From Octopus sinensis (Eukaryota): a stretch of DNA of 64,000 nucleotides. This document shows positions 12,347 to 24,169 of this stretch, in pieces; position 1 is the first letter of the stretch; each line of letters starts with the position of its first letter. The DNA is taken from the NCBI RefSeq assembly GCF_006345805.1, contig NC_043003.1:105028001-105092000 (forward strand). Reading direction: 5' to 3'. The notes under the pieces are model-generated. The model searched no databases, had not been told where the DNA came from, and saw nothing but the letters and a program-made list of their open reading frames with translations. Position numbers and translations under genes: made by a program.

Positions 12347-13672
12347 TTCGTTATTGTATCTAGTTTGCAAGATTCTTTATGTAAATTCGTGTGTTGAAAC
12401 AAATTTTGCAGTGTCTGGGGAGAGTTATACTTCCTATATAAGAAACACACTCACCGGTTCAATTTCCACTCTTTTTTTTTTTTTGCGCCTTCCAAAATTT
12501 TCGTTGCTTTTGCAACCTAGTCTACGGATGTTGTGCAGGCATGGCTGTGTGGTAAGAAACTTGGGCATACGCACATGTGTGCCATCACTGACTGTGTTTA
12601 CTCATAACTTTCAGAAAGATGGCTATTTTTAACGAAATTTCTTATACATGTTTCAGATGGTGGAGATTCCGATTATATCGAAATTTGTGGTGAAAAAGTT
12701 TTCCAAGGGTGGGAAGAGGAGTTTCAGAAAATTCACTCGAGTTAGCTTTGTTTCCTCATAACTTTTCGAAAAATGGATATTTTGTAACAAAATTTTCTAT
12801 AAATACCTTTCAGATGGTGTAGACTACGATTATATCGAAATTTCATATTAAGAAAAAAAAAAAAAAACTTGGTAAGCTCGCACACATACATACCCAAACG
12901 TAAAAAATGAAACTTGAAATTAAAAAAAAAATTGTGCTGTGTGTTAGTATGGATGGAAGCACTCCGTCGGTTACAACGACGAGGGTTCCGGTTGATCCGA
13001 ATCAACGGAACAGCCTGCTCGTGAAATTAACGTGTAAGTGGCTGAGCACTCCACAGATATGGTGTGCGGTTAAGGAACTCGTGTATCGGTACTCAGCATT
13101 CGAACGAGAAAAGGCCACAGCATATCACATTCCTTATTCGTCGACGACGGTCTCTATCAGGTGATCTTGGCTCATATTTCAGCCAATCGTTGTTCTGGAG
13201 CATTTGTGTGATGTTAAGATTAATGGAAAGCCTCATGCAGTTTCGCACCAAATGAGGGCTGTAAATTGAGATGAGCGGGAAAATACAACGCAGAGGAGCC
13301 AAAGGATTCATAGTTGTTTCATTGGTCAACCAGCAGTTATGCTTCATCGACTTCGTGTAAAAAGATTTCCCCTCCCCAAGCAGATACGCATAAGATTTTC
13401 TCCTCTCGCCTAGCATGCATTATCATACACTAGCGGCTGCTATCCGGCATAATAGTTCCTTTCTAAAGTAATAGTTGTAAAGAAACATTCATTCTTTTAC
13501 TCGTTTCAGTCATTTGACAGCGGCCATGCTGGAGCACCGCCTTTAGTCGAACAAATTGACCCCCAGGACTTATTCTTTGTAAGCCTAGTACTTATTCTGT
13601 CGGTGTCTTGCCAAACACACCAACATCGGTTGTCAAGCGATGGGGAGGAGGAGGACACACATACACACACAT

Positions 13673-13911
13673 AATTGCAGTGTGGAAGGTGTTAATAAGC
13701 TATTTAAAATCACACAAAAAAACCGTTAGATTTACTTCAACATTTAAATTTAATTAGCCAAAATATTTTCGGCGCTTTGAAACCACGACCTGTTCACTGC
13801 CAAAATTCTGTGTTTTTAAATGGTTTATAAACACCTTCCATGCTGCAATTAATTTTGTTTCAGCACACGATCACAGATCAAGTCACTTGCTATGCAAGTA
13901 CATCTCCGTAA
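13673..13911. mobile_element. Rearranged copy of the G3-C8 hammerhead element: 5' part inverted, 3' part forward, ending at (TA)n
   Basis: 13673-~13808 is the reverse complement of the hammerhead-containing part of 19593-19800 (core GTGAACA on minus at 13791-13797); ~13809-13911 matches its 3' part ...gcaagtacatctccgtaa. Confidence 0.75.
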
Positions 13912-14634
13912 TATATATATATATATATTCAAAAGAGATGTCTCAAGAATTCAATCACTACTACCATCCACAAAGGGTCACTTTTAGGGCACTTGATCAT
14001 TTAACATACTACTATCATGACACTCCCGCATTCTTCTTCTTCTTCTTCTCTCATCCCCTTCTTCTTCCCTACCAAGAATTCACAACGACCTCGAACACAC
14101 AGGCAAAACAAGGAAAATGCCCCTTATATTTGAATACTATGCAAATATTCTTTTAAAAAAACTTTTCTTTTAGTTTTTCCAAAATTTAATTACAGTTGAA
14201 AAAATCTCAATGATTGAAACCGGTACTGAAATGTTTTTTATAAAATCATTTTAGCATTTTCTACCTTGACTTTTTTCCATATATATATAATGCTTTCAGT
14301 GCGAATGGTTTATATAAGGCACCGAGTTTACAATCCTGTAAATAATAATAATGGTACTTTTATATACATTCATTCGACAGAAAACAGGCTTTCCTATCCG
14401 CGAGGATAGGAGAGCCTTCTTTTTTCTGTCGAGGGCTTATATGCCCCGTTATTAAACTATTTTCCTTAGTCATTGCACGGTGATCGCCATAAGCTTTAAG
14501 CTTATATAAAAGTACCATTGTGTACTGTATGTATGTGTGTGTATGTGTATGTATGTATGTATGTACGTACATACATACATACATACATACATACATACAC
14601 ACATACATACATACACATACATATATATGCATGT

Positions 14635-14687
<53 letters not shown>

Positions 14688-15224
14688 GGATAGATGGATA
14701 GATAGATATAAACTGCTGCAAAGCATTATGTGCCTAAAGCCAGAAAAAGACCCATTGTGCTAGTGACGTAGCGAGAGTGTGTGCCGCCCGAGGCTTCCCC
14801 CTCCCTCTTCTCCTCAAAAAGTACAATAAACAACCCCCAAAAAAGTACATTCCAAAAGTGCCGCCCCACAAAAGCGTCCCCTGGGACGGACCACCCTCTC
14901 ACCCACCCCACCACTTTTCTGCATTTAGTCCGATTAGAAGTTCTTGATATCCTAAACTGAAAACGAAAAAGAATGGAACTCTTCACGTAAGAAATAACAA
15001 AAATTATATACAATCGAGTTCATTTAGTTTAAGGTGGTTTGTTTGGAATGTTCGTACGTAAATTGCATTGCGAAACTTCTTGCAAACATTAACTTATTTC
15101 ATTTTCAAATAACTGTCACGCATTGTACGAGAAAATGTTTTATCATTTTGATAACTGTTTTAGCCTTTGTTCTCAGCATACTAAAATGCAGACGTTACAA
15201 GAATGGTGGCGGGAAAATATTCTT

Positions 15225-15600
15225 TTCTACTCTAGGCACAAAACCCGAAATTTTGGGGGAAGGGGCGAGCAGTCGATTAGATCGACCCAGTACACAACTG
15301 GTACTTGATTTATCGACCCCGAAAGGATGAAAAGCAAAGTCGACCTCAGCGGAATTTGAACTCAGAACGTAAAGACAGACGAAATATCGCTAAGCATTTC
15401 GTCCGACGTGCTAACGTTTCTGCCAGCTCGCTGCTTTAATAATAATAATTTTCTTTCCTACTCTGGGCACAAGGCCCGAAATTTTGGGGGAGGGGGCCAG
15501 TCGATTAGATCGACCCCAGTGCGTAACTGGTACTTAATTTATGGACCCCGAAAGGATGAAAAGTAAAGTCGACTTCGGCGGAATTTGAACTCAGAGCAGA
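15225..15600 (-). mobile_element. Two adjacent SINE family B copies
   Basis: Repeated ...gtcgattagatcgacc...ggtactt...cgaccccgaaaggatgaaaag...gaatttgaactcag with head tgctaacgtttctgccagctcg at ~15410-15430. Confidence 0.8.
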
Positions 15601-16100
15601 CGCTATTTATTTTCATTTATTTATTTATTTTCAGATCCGCGTAACCTGTAAAATATCAGATCATAATCTTGCTATAATGGTTTTAGTTCGATGTTTCTTT
15701 CATGAAATATTTTATGAAAACTTCAATGAATCATGTAAAAGTCGTTTATGTTTTTTTATCTCATAAAATATTCTCTCTTAAGTAATTCAACGTACAACCA
15801 TTAAACATTTATTATCCTTTGATAATGCTGCTCTGCTAATGCTGTTTATGAAATAAATCTATGTCCGAGTGCAAGACATGAAACACGACAAAATCGTTAT
15901 TAAATTAACAATTTTAACGTGATACCATTCACGAAAACTACTTCTACTGGCAAGCTGCCTTAGTGTTACCTTTTACTTGTTCTTGTTAACACGATTACAA
16001 GAAATTTCTTGTTCATCACGTAAGCAATATAATTTATTTATGTTCGATTACATTTAAATCGTTTTATTCTTGTATCTAGTGCAAAAATCCGTTTTGAGTA

Positions 16101-16149
<49 letters not shown>

Positions 16150-16180
16150 GTCTTTTGTCTATTTTCATAAAGCTTCCCGT

Positions 16181-17184
16181 TATATATATATATATATAAA
16201 AGGCAGGATGTGTGTGTGTGTGTGAATGTAATATATGCACGTCCACAAATTAGCACGCATGTCGCTCCGATTTTAGGAGGACATTCGTCATGATCCTAGC
16301 TGTATTTTCGTCAATTAATTTTTCCCAGAGGCACCAGCAAATAGCAGTAAAAGAATTATTTTCAACCAAAACTTTTAACAATTTTCAAGTCGGAGAAATC
16401 ACCATTGTTTGCAAACAGGAGTTAAGTCCCCTTCTAGCGACGAGTAAGTTTTTGTTAAGACTTTTGTTTATTTTTTCCATCGAGGAAAAAAGTGTTTTGT
16501 TGATATACAGGCAACACACACGAACATGTATGCATACAAAAAAACATGTGTGCAATAGGCGTGTGTATGTGTATTGCCCATACATACATTCATACATACA
16601 TACATACATACATACATACACACACACACATACATACATATACATACATACATACATTCATTCATACATACATACATACATACATACACACACACATACA
16701 TACATATACATACATACATATACATACATACATACATACATTCATACATACATTCATACATACATACATACATACATACACACACACATGCATACATACA
16801 TATACATACATACATACATACATACACACACATACATACACACACATACATACACACACATACATACACACACACACATACATACATATACATACATACA
16901 TACATACATATACATACATACATACATACATACATTCATACATACATCATACATACATACATACATACATACACACACACATGCATACATACATATACAT
17001 ACATACATACATACATACATACATACACATACATACACACACATACATACATACATACAAACCAATTTCAACGGATTTCGCCCAAATTTGACGTTGATGT
17101 TAATTAAGTTTGGTTTGAAATAAACAACTTGGTTAGTTTAATAATCCTAACTTAATCCCGGGCAAAGCCGGGTTATACTGCTAA
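16181..17184 (+). mobile_element. Non-autonomous Helitron with large internal (CATA)n microsatellite
   Basis: 3' hairpin cccgggcaaagccggg (17157-17172), 8 nt, then CTAA|T (CTRR end); probable 5' end tatatataaaaggcaggatgtgtg merges with a (TA)n tract so the start is approximate. Confidence 0.6.
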
Positions 17185-17977
17185 TGAAGAAATGAGTTAG
17201 ACTATCTCGTAAGCTATTTGGAGGGAGGGAGGGAGCGGAAAGACAGAAGAAAAAAATAACCCTGGTATTGCAGTGTTGTTAGGGAGTTCGCTTTGCAATC
17301 ACGTGGTTCCGGGTTTGATATAATCATACCTTGTGTCAAATTGGGCAAATGGTTTGTTACCTTTGAGCCAAATTGAGTTTGACGGAAAATATACGGCTGT
17401 CTGTCGAATGAGCTCAACCTATTTTTGAATATGAGACTTAATCCGACGCCCGATTCACTGCCACCACAAGTCCATTCGGCACTTGAGGCAGATTTCTTGT
17501 CTAGTAACAACTTCACTTCCTCCGTTCTTCCTACTCTATGGAAGCTCTACATCTGTGTTCCTGAAACTTTTTTTTTTTTTTATCTCATTCTTCTCAGAAA
17601 CGCATGCCCCACCATCGAGTGTGTCATGAACGCACATACGTCGTAGAGAAGTTGTTCTCGTTCTAACAACAACGATTAGTATATTCGCGTTCGACTGTAC
17701 CGGAACGTATTAAAAGTAAACAGGCAAGTCATCGTTTTGATTCTCGCTGTTCGGGAATATGACGATTTATTATTGGTTGGCAGAGACCAGCGTGGATCAG
17801 CAAACAGTTTAACACAGAATACTCTTTTAATCTCTTTTACTTATTTCAGTCATTTGACTGTGGCCATGCTGGAGCACCTCCTTTAGTTGAGCAAATTGAC
17901 CCCAGGACTTATTCTTTGTAAGCCTAGTACTTATTCTATCGGTCTCTTTTTTTTTTAGATGGGGAAGCGTTACATTA

Positions 17978-18834
17978 CGTGGTTTAATCAATAAGTATCC
18001 GGACTGTTGCCATACTAACGAAACTAAAGCTCGCAGAGTAACGCCGCTTGGCACTACGTTTTAACGTTCTAGCTCACTTCCGCTGTTTACAGCAGTACTT
18101 GGAAGGAAGGTGTGTAGAGTGTGATCGTCGCATTGACCAAAGCAGAGACAGCTGAGCAGAGAATCAAAATTTGCCAAAAGCTTGGCGATATCAACTCAGA
18201 GGCCTATGCAAAGTTTTCAAAAATTTTTTCATCGTTCTCGACATAATCAAAGAGTTCTTGTACAACTGAAACTCGAGTGTATTTTTGGTCAGCTGAAAGC
18301 AGTTTTGGCACAAACTTGGCAGACATATGTCTCATAACTAAATCTTCAGTGATAATGGACTGAACTGAACCGTAACTAATCTGCACATCCTCTTATTACT
18401 CACGGATGGTGATTCGACGATTTCCCCTCTCAGCTGCATGCACATCTGCGATGTTTTTCTCAGTTCCGCTGGTTGTGGGACTCACAGAACGTTTGTCAAT
18501 ATCGACATGTTTTCGGTCATCTTGGAAACGTCTGAACCACTCGTACATTTGTGCGCGGCTCATACACTCCTCTCCATACGCTTTCTGCCACTTTGCATAG
18601 GCCTCTGAACAGGTATCGCCGTGACAACTTTCTCTATCATGGTCAATGCGATAATCACACGCTACACACCTTCCTTCCAAGCACTGCTGTAAACAGCGAA
18701 AGTAAGCTAGAACGTTCAAACTTAGTGCGCATGCACAGCAGAATCGAATGTCAATCTTTGCCCAGCGGCTTCACTCTGCGTGCTTCAGCTTTGTTACTAT
18801 GGCAACAGTCCGGATACTTATTGACCAGACCTCG
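17978..18834. mobile_element. Mariner (Tc1/mariner) derivative with TA TSD and two inward-facing 5' ends
   Basis: TIRs cgtggtttaatcaataagtatccggactgttgccata / tatggcaacagtccggatacttattgaccagacctcg, TA on both sides; minus strand encodes AYGEECMSRAQMYEWFRRF...RRITIRE and ISYGSVQSIITEDLVMRHMSAKFVPKLL. Confidence 0.9.
18204..18620 (-). pseudogene. Mariner transposase N-terminal HTH region, frameshifted
   Basis: ORF-track peptides 18396-18719 and 18204-18386 contain typical mariner motifs (YEWFRRF, SAKFVPKLL, equivalent to WVPxxL). Confidence 0.9.
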
Positions 18835-18914
18835 TATATCAGTAAATTTGTTATTCACTCTTCGCTTTATGTCGGAGATATGGATTTCGTCTGTGACTAT
18901 GACTACAGAATACT

Positions 18915-18955
18915 CGTCACTGACAAGGCAAAAGAAGGGCGAAACGCGTCAAATG
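18915..18955 (+). ncRNA. Degenerate type-I hammerhead motif in a short element ending at (TA)n (~19080)
   Basis: CTGACAA GGC aaaagaag GGC GAAA CGC GTC (18920-18950): ACGCGT palindromic helix III and GUC triplet; G8A and weak helices I/II. Confidence 0.45.
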
Positions 18956-19349
18956 TTCCTGTGAGTCGCTGCTGACACGATGCTCGCCTCTCTCCGATCT
19001 ATATTGTGTTTACGTAACACATGTCTATGAAAAGATTTTTATCTTAGATGAAAATCTCAGTATCATACCTGTCCACAGTGTATATATATATATATATATA
19101 TAATATATATATATATATTATATATATATATAATATATGTGTGTGTGTGGTGTGTGTTATGTTACACAAATGGCGTTTACAAGATAATGTGTTTCAGTTG
19201 TGTACACAGAATTTACAGCAAAAGATTTAATCTTTCACTTCATAATTTCTGCCACCCCACCATCACACATACACACGCACGCACGCACACGTATGTATGT
19301 ATGTATGTATGTATGTATGTATGTATGTGTATGTATGTATGTATGTATG

Positions 19350-19554
19350 AATAACTTATATTGTTTTCTTTTATTCTTTTACTTGTTTCAGTCATTTGAG
19401 TGCGGCCATGCTGGAGCACTGCCTTTAGTCGAACAAATCGACCCAGGACTTATTCTTTTTTAGCCTAGTACTTATTCCAAAGGAATAACGGTGTAAAATG
19501 CATCTTCTCATCAGGAAAGAAAGAGAGCCTATCTCAACAACAAGACATTATTTA

Positions 19555-19593
<39 letters not shown>

Positions 19594-20678
19594 CAATGCA
19601 GCAGGGAGTTTTGACAGTGAACAGGTCGCGGTCTCAAAGCGACGAAAATATTTCGACAAATTAATTTAAATGTTGAAGTGAATCTAACGGTTTTTGTGTG
19701 TTTCTTAAATGGCCTATAAACACCTTCCACGCTGCAATTGTTTTCGTTCCAGCACACGATCTCAGATCAGGTCACTTGCTATGCAAGTACATCTCCGTAA
19801 TATATATATATATATATATATATATAACATTCATGACATAATTTCTTATTCCTTTCTCGTTTTAATTTCTTATATATGACTTGTATTTTTCATTGAAAAT
19901 CATGTTGTTAATATTGGTGTTCAGCTCCAGGTTAGTCTTGGATAACCTGCGGCTGACTTTGATCAAATGCATTCCAGTTGTGAACACTCCATCTCTATTT
20001 TTGACATAATGTATCTAGGACTCCATTATGCAGTGTGCTTTAGGGGAATCGTATTTAAACACAACATAATTTGTATGATAAACGAGTATAGTCGTAGTGT
20101 CAAAAATGTCAGTTATTTTAATTATATTTTGCAACTGAATTTCCCCTGATAATTGTTGTACTGCTTCATCCTTTTCTCCGCCTTAGGGAAATATCCAAGA
20201 TGTGCATAAAATGATATACGCGTATGCACAGCTGTGTGGGGGTAAGAGGCTCGCTTTGCAACCACGCGGTTTCCAGTTCAGTCCTACTGTGCGGCACTTT
20301 GAGCAAGTATCTTCTACTATCGCTCCCGGCTGACCGATGCTTTGTGAGTGAATTTGCAGGAAGGAAACTCGACAGAAGCCCTTCGTATATGTGTGTTTGT
20401 GTGTGTGTATGTATGTATGTATGTATGTATGTATGTATGTAGTATGTATGTATGTATGTATGTATGTATGAATAACTTATATTGTTTTCTTTTATTCTTT
20501 TACTTGTTTCAGTCATTTGAGTGCGGCCATGCTGGAGCACTGCCTTTAGTCGAACAAATCGACCCCAGGACTTATTCTTTTTTAGCCTAGTACTTATTCC
20601 AAAGGAATAAACGGTGTAAAATGCAATCTTCTCATCAGGAAAGAAAGAGAGCCTATCTCAACAACAAGACATTATTTA

Positions 20679-20721
<43 letters not shown>

Positions 20722-20924
20722 CAATGCAGCAGGGAGTTTTGACAGTGAACAGGTCGCGGTCTCAAAGCGACGAAAATATTTCGACAAATAAATTAAATGT
20801 TGAAGTGAATCTAACGGTTTTTGTGTGTTTCTTAAATGGCCTATAAACACCTTCCACGCTGCAATTGTTTTCGTTCCAGCACACGATCTCAGATCAGGTC
20901 ACTTGCTATGCAAGTACATCTCCG

Positions 20925-20958
<34 letters not shown>

Positions 20959-21550
20959 CATTCATGACATAATTTCTTATTCCTTTCTCGTTTTAATTTC
21001 TTATATATGACTGTATTTTTCATTGAAAATCATGTTGTTAATATTGGTGTTCAGCTCCAGGTTAGTCTTGGATAACCTGCGGCTGACTTTGATCAAATGC
21101 ATTCCAGTTGTGAACACTCCATCTCTATTTTTGACATAATGTATCTAGGACTCCATTATGCAGTGTGCTTTAGGGGAATCGTATTTAAACACAACATAAT
21201 TTGTATGATAAACGAGTATAGTCGTAGTGTCAAAAATGTCAGTTATTTTAATTATATTTTGCAACTGAATTTCCCCTGATAATTGTTGTACTGCTTCATC
21301 CTTTTCTCCGCCTTAGGGAAATATCCAAGATGTGCATAAAATGATATACGCGTATGCACAGCTGTGTGGGTAAGAGGCTCGCTTTGCAACCACGCGGTTT
21401 CCAGTTCAGTCCTACTGTGCGGCACTTTGAGCAAGTATCTTCTACTATCGCTCCCGGCTGACCGATGCTTTGTGAGTGAATTTGCAGGAAGGAAACTCGA
21501 CAGAAGCCCTTCGTATATGTGTGTTTGTGTGTGTGTATGTATGTATGTAT
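19350..21550. repeat. Tandem duplication, unit ~1121 bp
   Basis: aataacttatattg at 19350 and 20471; copies co-linear through to (GTAT)n tracts; differences are mostly 1-2 nt homopolymer indels. Confidence 0.95.
19593..19800 (+). ncRNA. ~208 bp element flanked on both sides by (TA)n, with hammerhead-like motif carrying a G3-C8 swap
   Basis: GTGAACA (19617-23) G GTCGC ggtctcaaa GCGAC GAAA (19644-47) ATATT T cgacaaa; AATATT palindromic helix III; duplicate at 20721-20927. Confidence 0.6.
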
Positions 21551-21615
21551 GTACGTACGTGCCTTTGTGTCTTCCCCACTGCTTGCGAAACAGCGTTGGT
21601 TTGTTTACATCCGTG

Positions 21616-21851
21616 GGATCTTTTCACTTTGACCGGCAGATTTTTAAAATAATTTCTTTATAACTAAACACTTTTAAACTTCGTATACTGGTAGTGTTTT
21701 ACATAAAACATCTTTTTCTCTTGGCTTTCTTGAGAAAATTCTGTAGTTTGTAAGTTATTTCTTGTTAAATTTCTTGCATTTCGGCAATTTCAACCAATCA
21801 ATGACGTCTACTGAGGTGAATACAATTTCTGCGGTCAAAGTGAAAAGATTC
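21616..21851. mobile_element. MITE with GG-starting TIRs and 8-bp TSD (Merlin-like), inserted in SINE family A
   Basis: TSD catccgtg at 21608-21615 and 21852-21859; TIRs ggatcttttcactttgaccg / cggtcaaagtgaaaagattc; partial copies at ~54072-54270 and ~58646-58870. Confidence 0.75.
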
Positions 21852-21968
21852 CATCCGTGTTTTTCTTTTTTTTTTTCTAGCGGTTCAACAAAGACAGGCC
21901 TATTGAATAGGCACCAGACTTTTAAAAATAAAATCATTTCTGGGATCAAGTTCAATTAAAACGTTTCA

Positions 21969-22033
21969 ATGGCGGTGCCCCAGCATGGCCACAGCTCATG
22001 AGCTGAAACTGGAAAAATCAAAATCAAATCAAA
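21969..22033 (+). mobile_element. Very short 3' end of an RTE-type LINE/SINE with (ATCAA)n tail
   Basis: tggcggtgccccagcatggccacagctc...aaatcaaaatcaaatcaaa; same piece reversed at ~45745-45815; shares its tail with SINE family A. Confidence 0.55.
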
Positions 22034-22643
22034 TGACTGAAATAAAAGACAAAAGATAGGGATTTCTCCTTTTATTACGGTTAAAATATGTGATATGTGG
22101 TTATTGCAAATAAAGGTCAAAAAAATTCTGAATGAACTCTTCGCTGGTAATCCAAAAAACTTCGTTCATTGCAAGAGTCGGTTTCCTTCTCTCTGCATGA
22201 GTAAGTTTTATGAGAAAACATTCGAATTATTTGCAATAAAGGGCAGTTCTTGTTGCTAACATAGCAACGGCTGACCAGATTTATTGAAGAGGAGAATATT
22301 TTTAGCGTGCTGTGCAGTAATTAATAGCAACGAAAACTAGGTCACGTTTGTGTCGCCTGCTTTTCACAAAAATGCGAGAAAAACCAGTGAAATGTGACAG
22401 AATGAAGTGTTTGGAAAGTTCTTCTTTATTTGTTAACAATGGTTTATGTCATTCTTTATTGAACATTCCATAAACTTTTCTAACGAAAGAGAAAAGAAAT
22501 CCAGTGAGATTGAATCAAATTGTTCTCATACGAATCTCTATCCTTGATACACAAATTTTATATTCTATGAATGTTGTTGAAATAGCAAAATAGCACAAAG
22601 AAATGATTGCTATCTCTTTAACGCGCTGATCTTTCTCTCCTGC

Positions 22644-22674
<31 letters not shown>

Positions 22675-23592
22675 TCTTTCACACACACACACATAATGAG
22701 AGTAAGCAGAAAGAGCGGCAGAGGAGGGAGGGAGTAGATGGAGAGATAGAGAGAAATATGCAACACATATGTGTGTGCCGCTATGTGTGCGTGTATGTGT
22801 GAATGTGTGCGTGCGTTTGGATGAGAGAGAAAGGCGTGGACACGCGTACGCACACACACACCCTCTCTTATACCTCTATGTAAGCGAAACACAGCACATA
22901 ATATATAAAATACAAAACTATATACTGCCATTATACCTATATATATATAAGAATACAGACAAAAGAAGCACAGATTTAAAATATTGAAACAGAAAGATAA
23001 ATTACAAGTAGAACACATGTTTAATAAAATGAATGAAAGAAAGAAGTAGAGAAAGAGGACACAAAAATACAAAGAGAGAAGGACGATGGTGAAAAAGTAA
23101 ATCCGTAATGTTGGAATTAAGTGGATCCGTCTACGTTTGTTCGTCGGGGTAAAAATAAGACGAGAGATAAGATTGCAAATATTAAGGTGTGTGTGTCTTT
23201 GTGTTTGTGTGTCTACGTATGCATGTATGTTTATATGTGCATATATGTATGGATATATATGTATATATATGTATGGATATATATATATATATATGTATGG
23301 ATGTATATGTGTATATATGTATGGATAATTATGCTTGTGTATGTATGAATGTATGTGTATGTAGAAAGGTACGTATATACGAATGTGTATGTGCATATAT
23401 GAATGTGTGTGAGTGCTTCCTCAGTTTAAAGATCCAAACTGAAAGCATGTCACAAGCGATAGAAGCTGGTTCAAATTTCCTTCATAAGATCCATTCATGT
23501 CTTCTTTCCTATTTTTGTGTGTCCTATATATACGTGTGTTATTTATATATATACATATATGTTATATACACACATACACACACATACATACA

Positions 23593-23653
<61 letters not shown>

Positions 23654-24169
23654 CAAAATTAGAGAATGGAGAAACATACTTAAATCAATAAAACTTCAAC
23701 TATTAGATGATACCCAATCAATACTTTAATACACCATTACATATCAGTAAAGGCATTATACAAAATATACAGTAAGAGTAAATAGACAAACCTATCTGGC
23801 AGTATATTGGATATATATTATCCCATGGTGGGTTGAATTTTCAACCCCTATCTCATTTTATAACCTATATATATATATATATATTAAAAGGTTTGGAGTA
23901 TATATATACGTATATATGAGTTAGAGGTTAGACAACCATCCAAGGGATAATAAATATCCAATGTACTACTGGATGTATATCTATACATATCCAAATGCTT
24001 ATTGGTGTAAGGCAATAGTGCCATTGAATAATAGGTATGAGTGGAGGTAAGCAAAAGTTTAACCAGAATTTATCTTCTCCATTTTCTTCCTTGCTTTTAT
24101 ATATATACTAGCAGTATCGCCCGGCGTTGCTCGGGTTTGTAAAGGAAATAACTATATAAGCATTTTTAG

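Noticed and set aside
13093-13416. 107-aa minus ORF with a faint YSP(D)L mariner-like stretch
   Set aside because: The similarity is limited to a few residues, with no TIR or other transposase motifs
19490-19556. Minus-strand CTGATGAG beside (TA)n (19508-19514)
   Set aside because: No helix II closure or GAAA follows; the sequence is cut at a SINE junction, so it is at most a half motif
22252-22268. gttgcta-aca-tagcaac palindrome resembling an RFX X-box
   Set aside because: The spacer is longer than in canonical X-boxes and there is no associated TSS evidence
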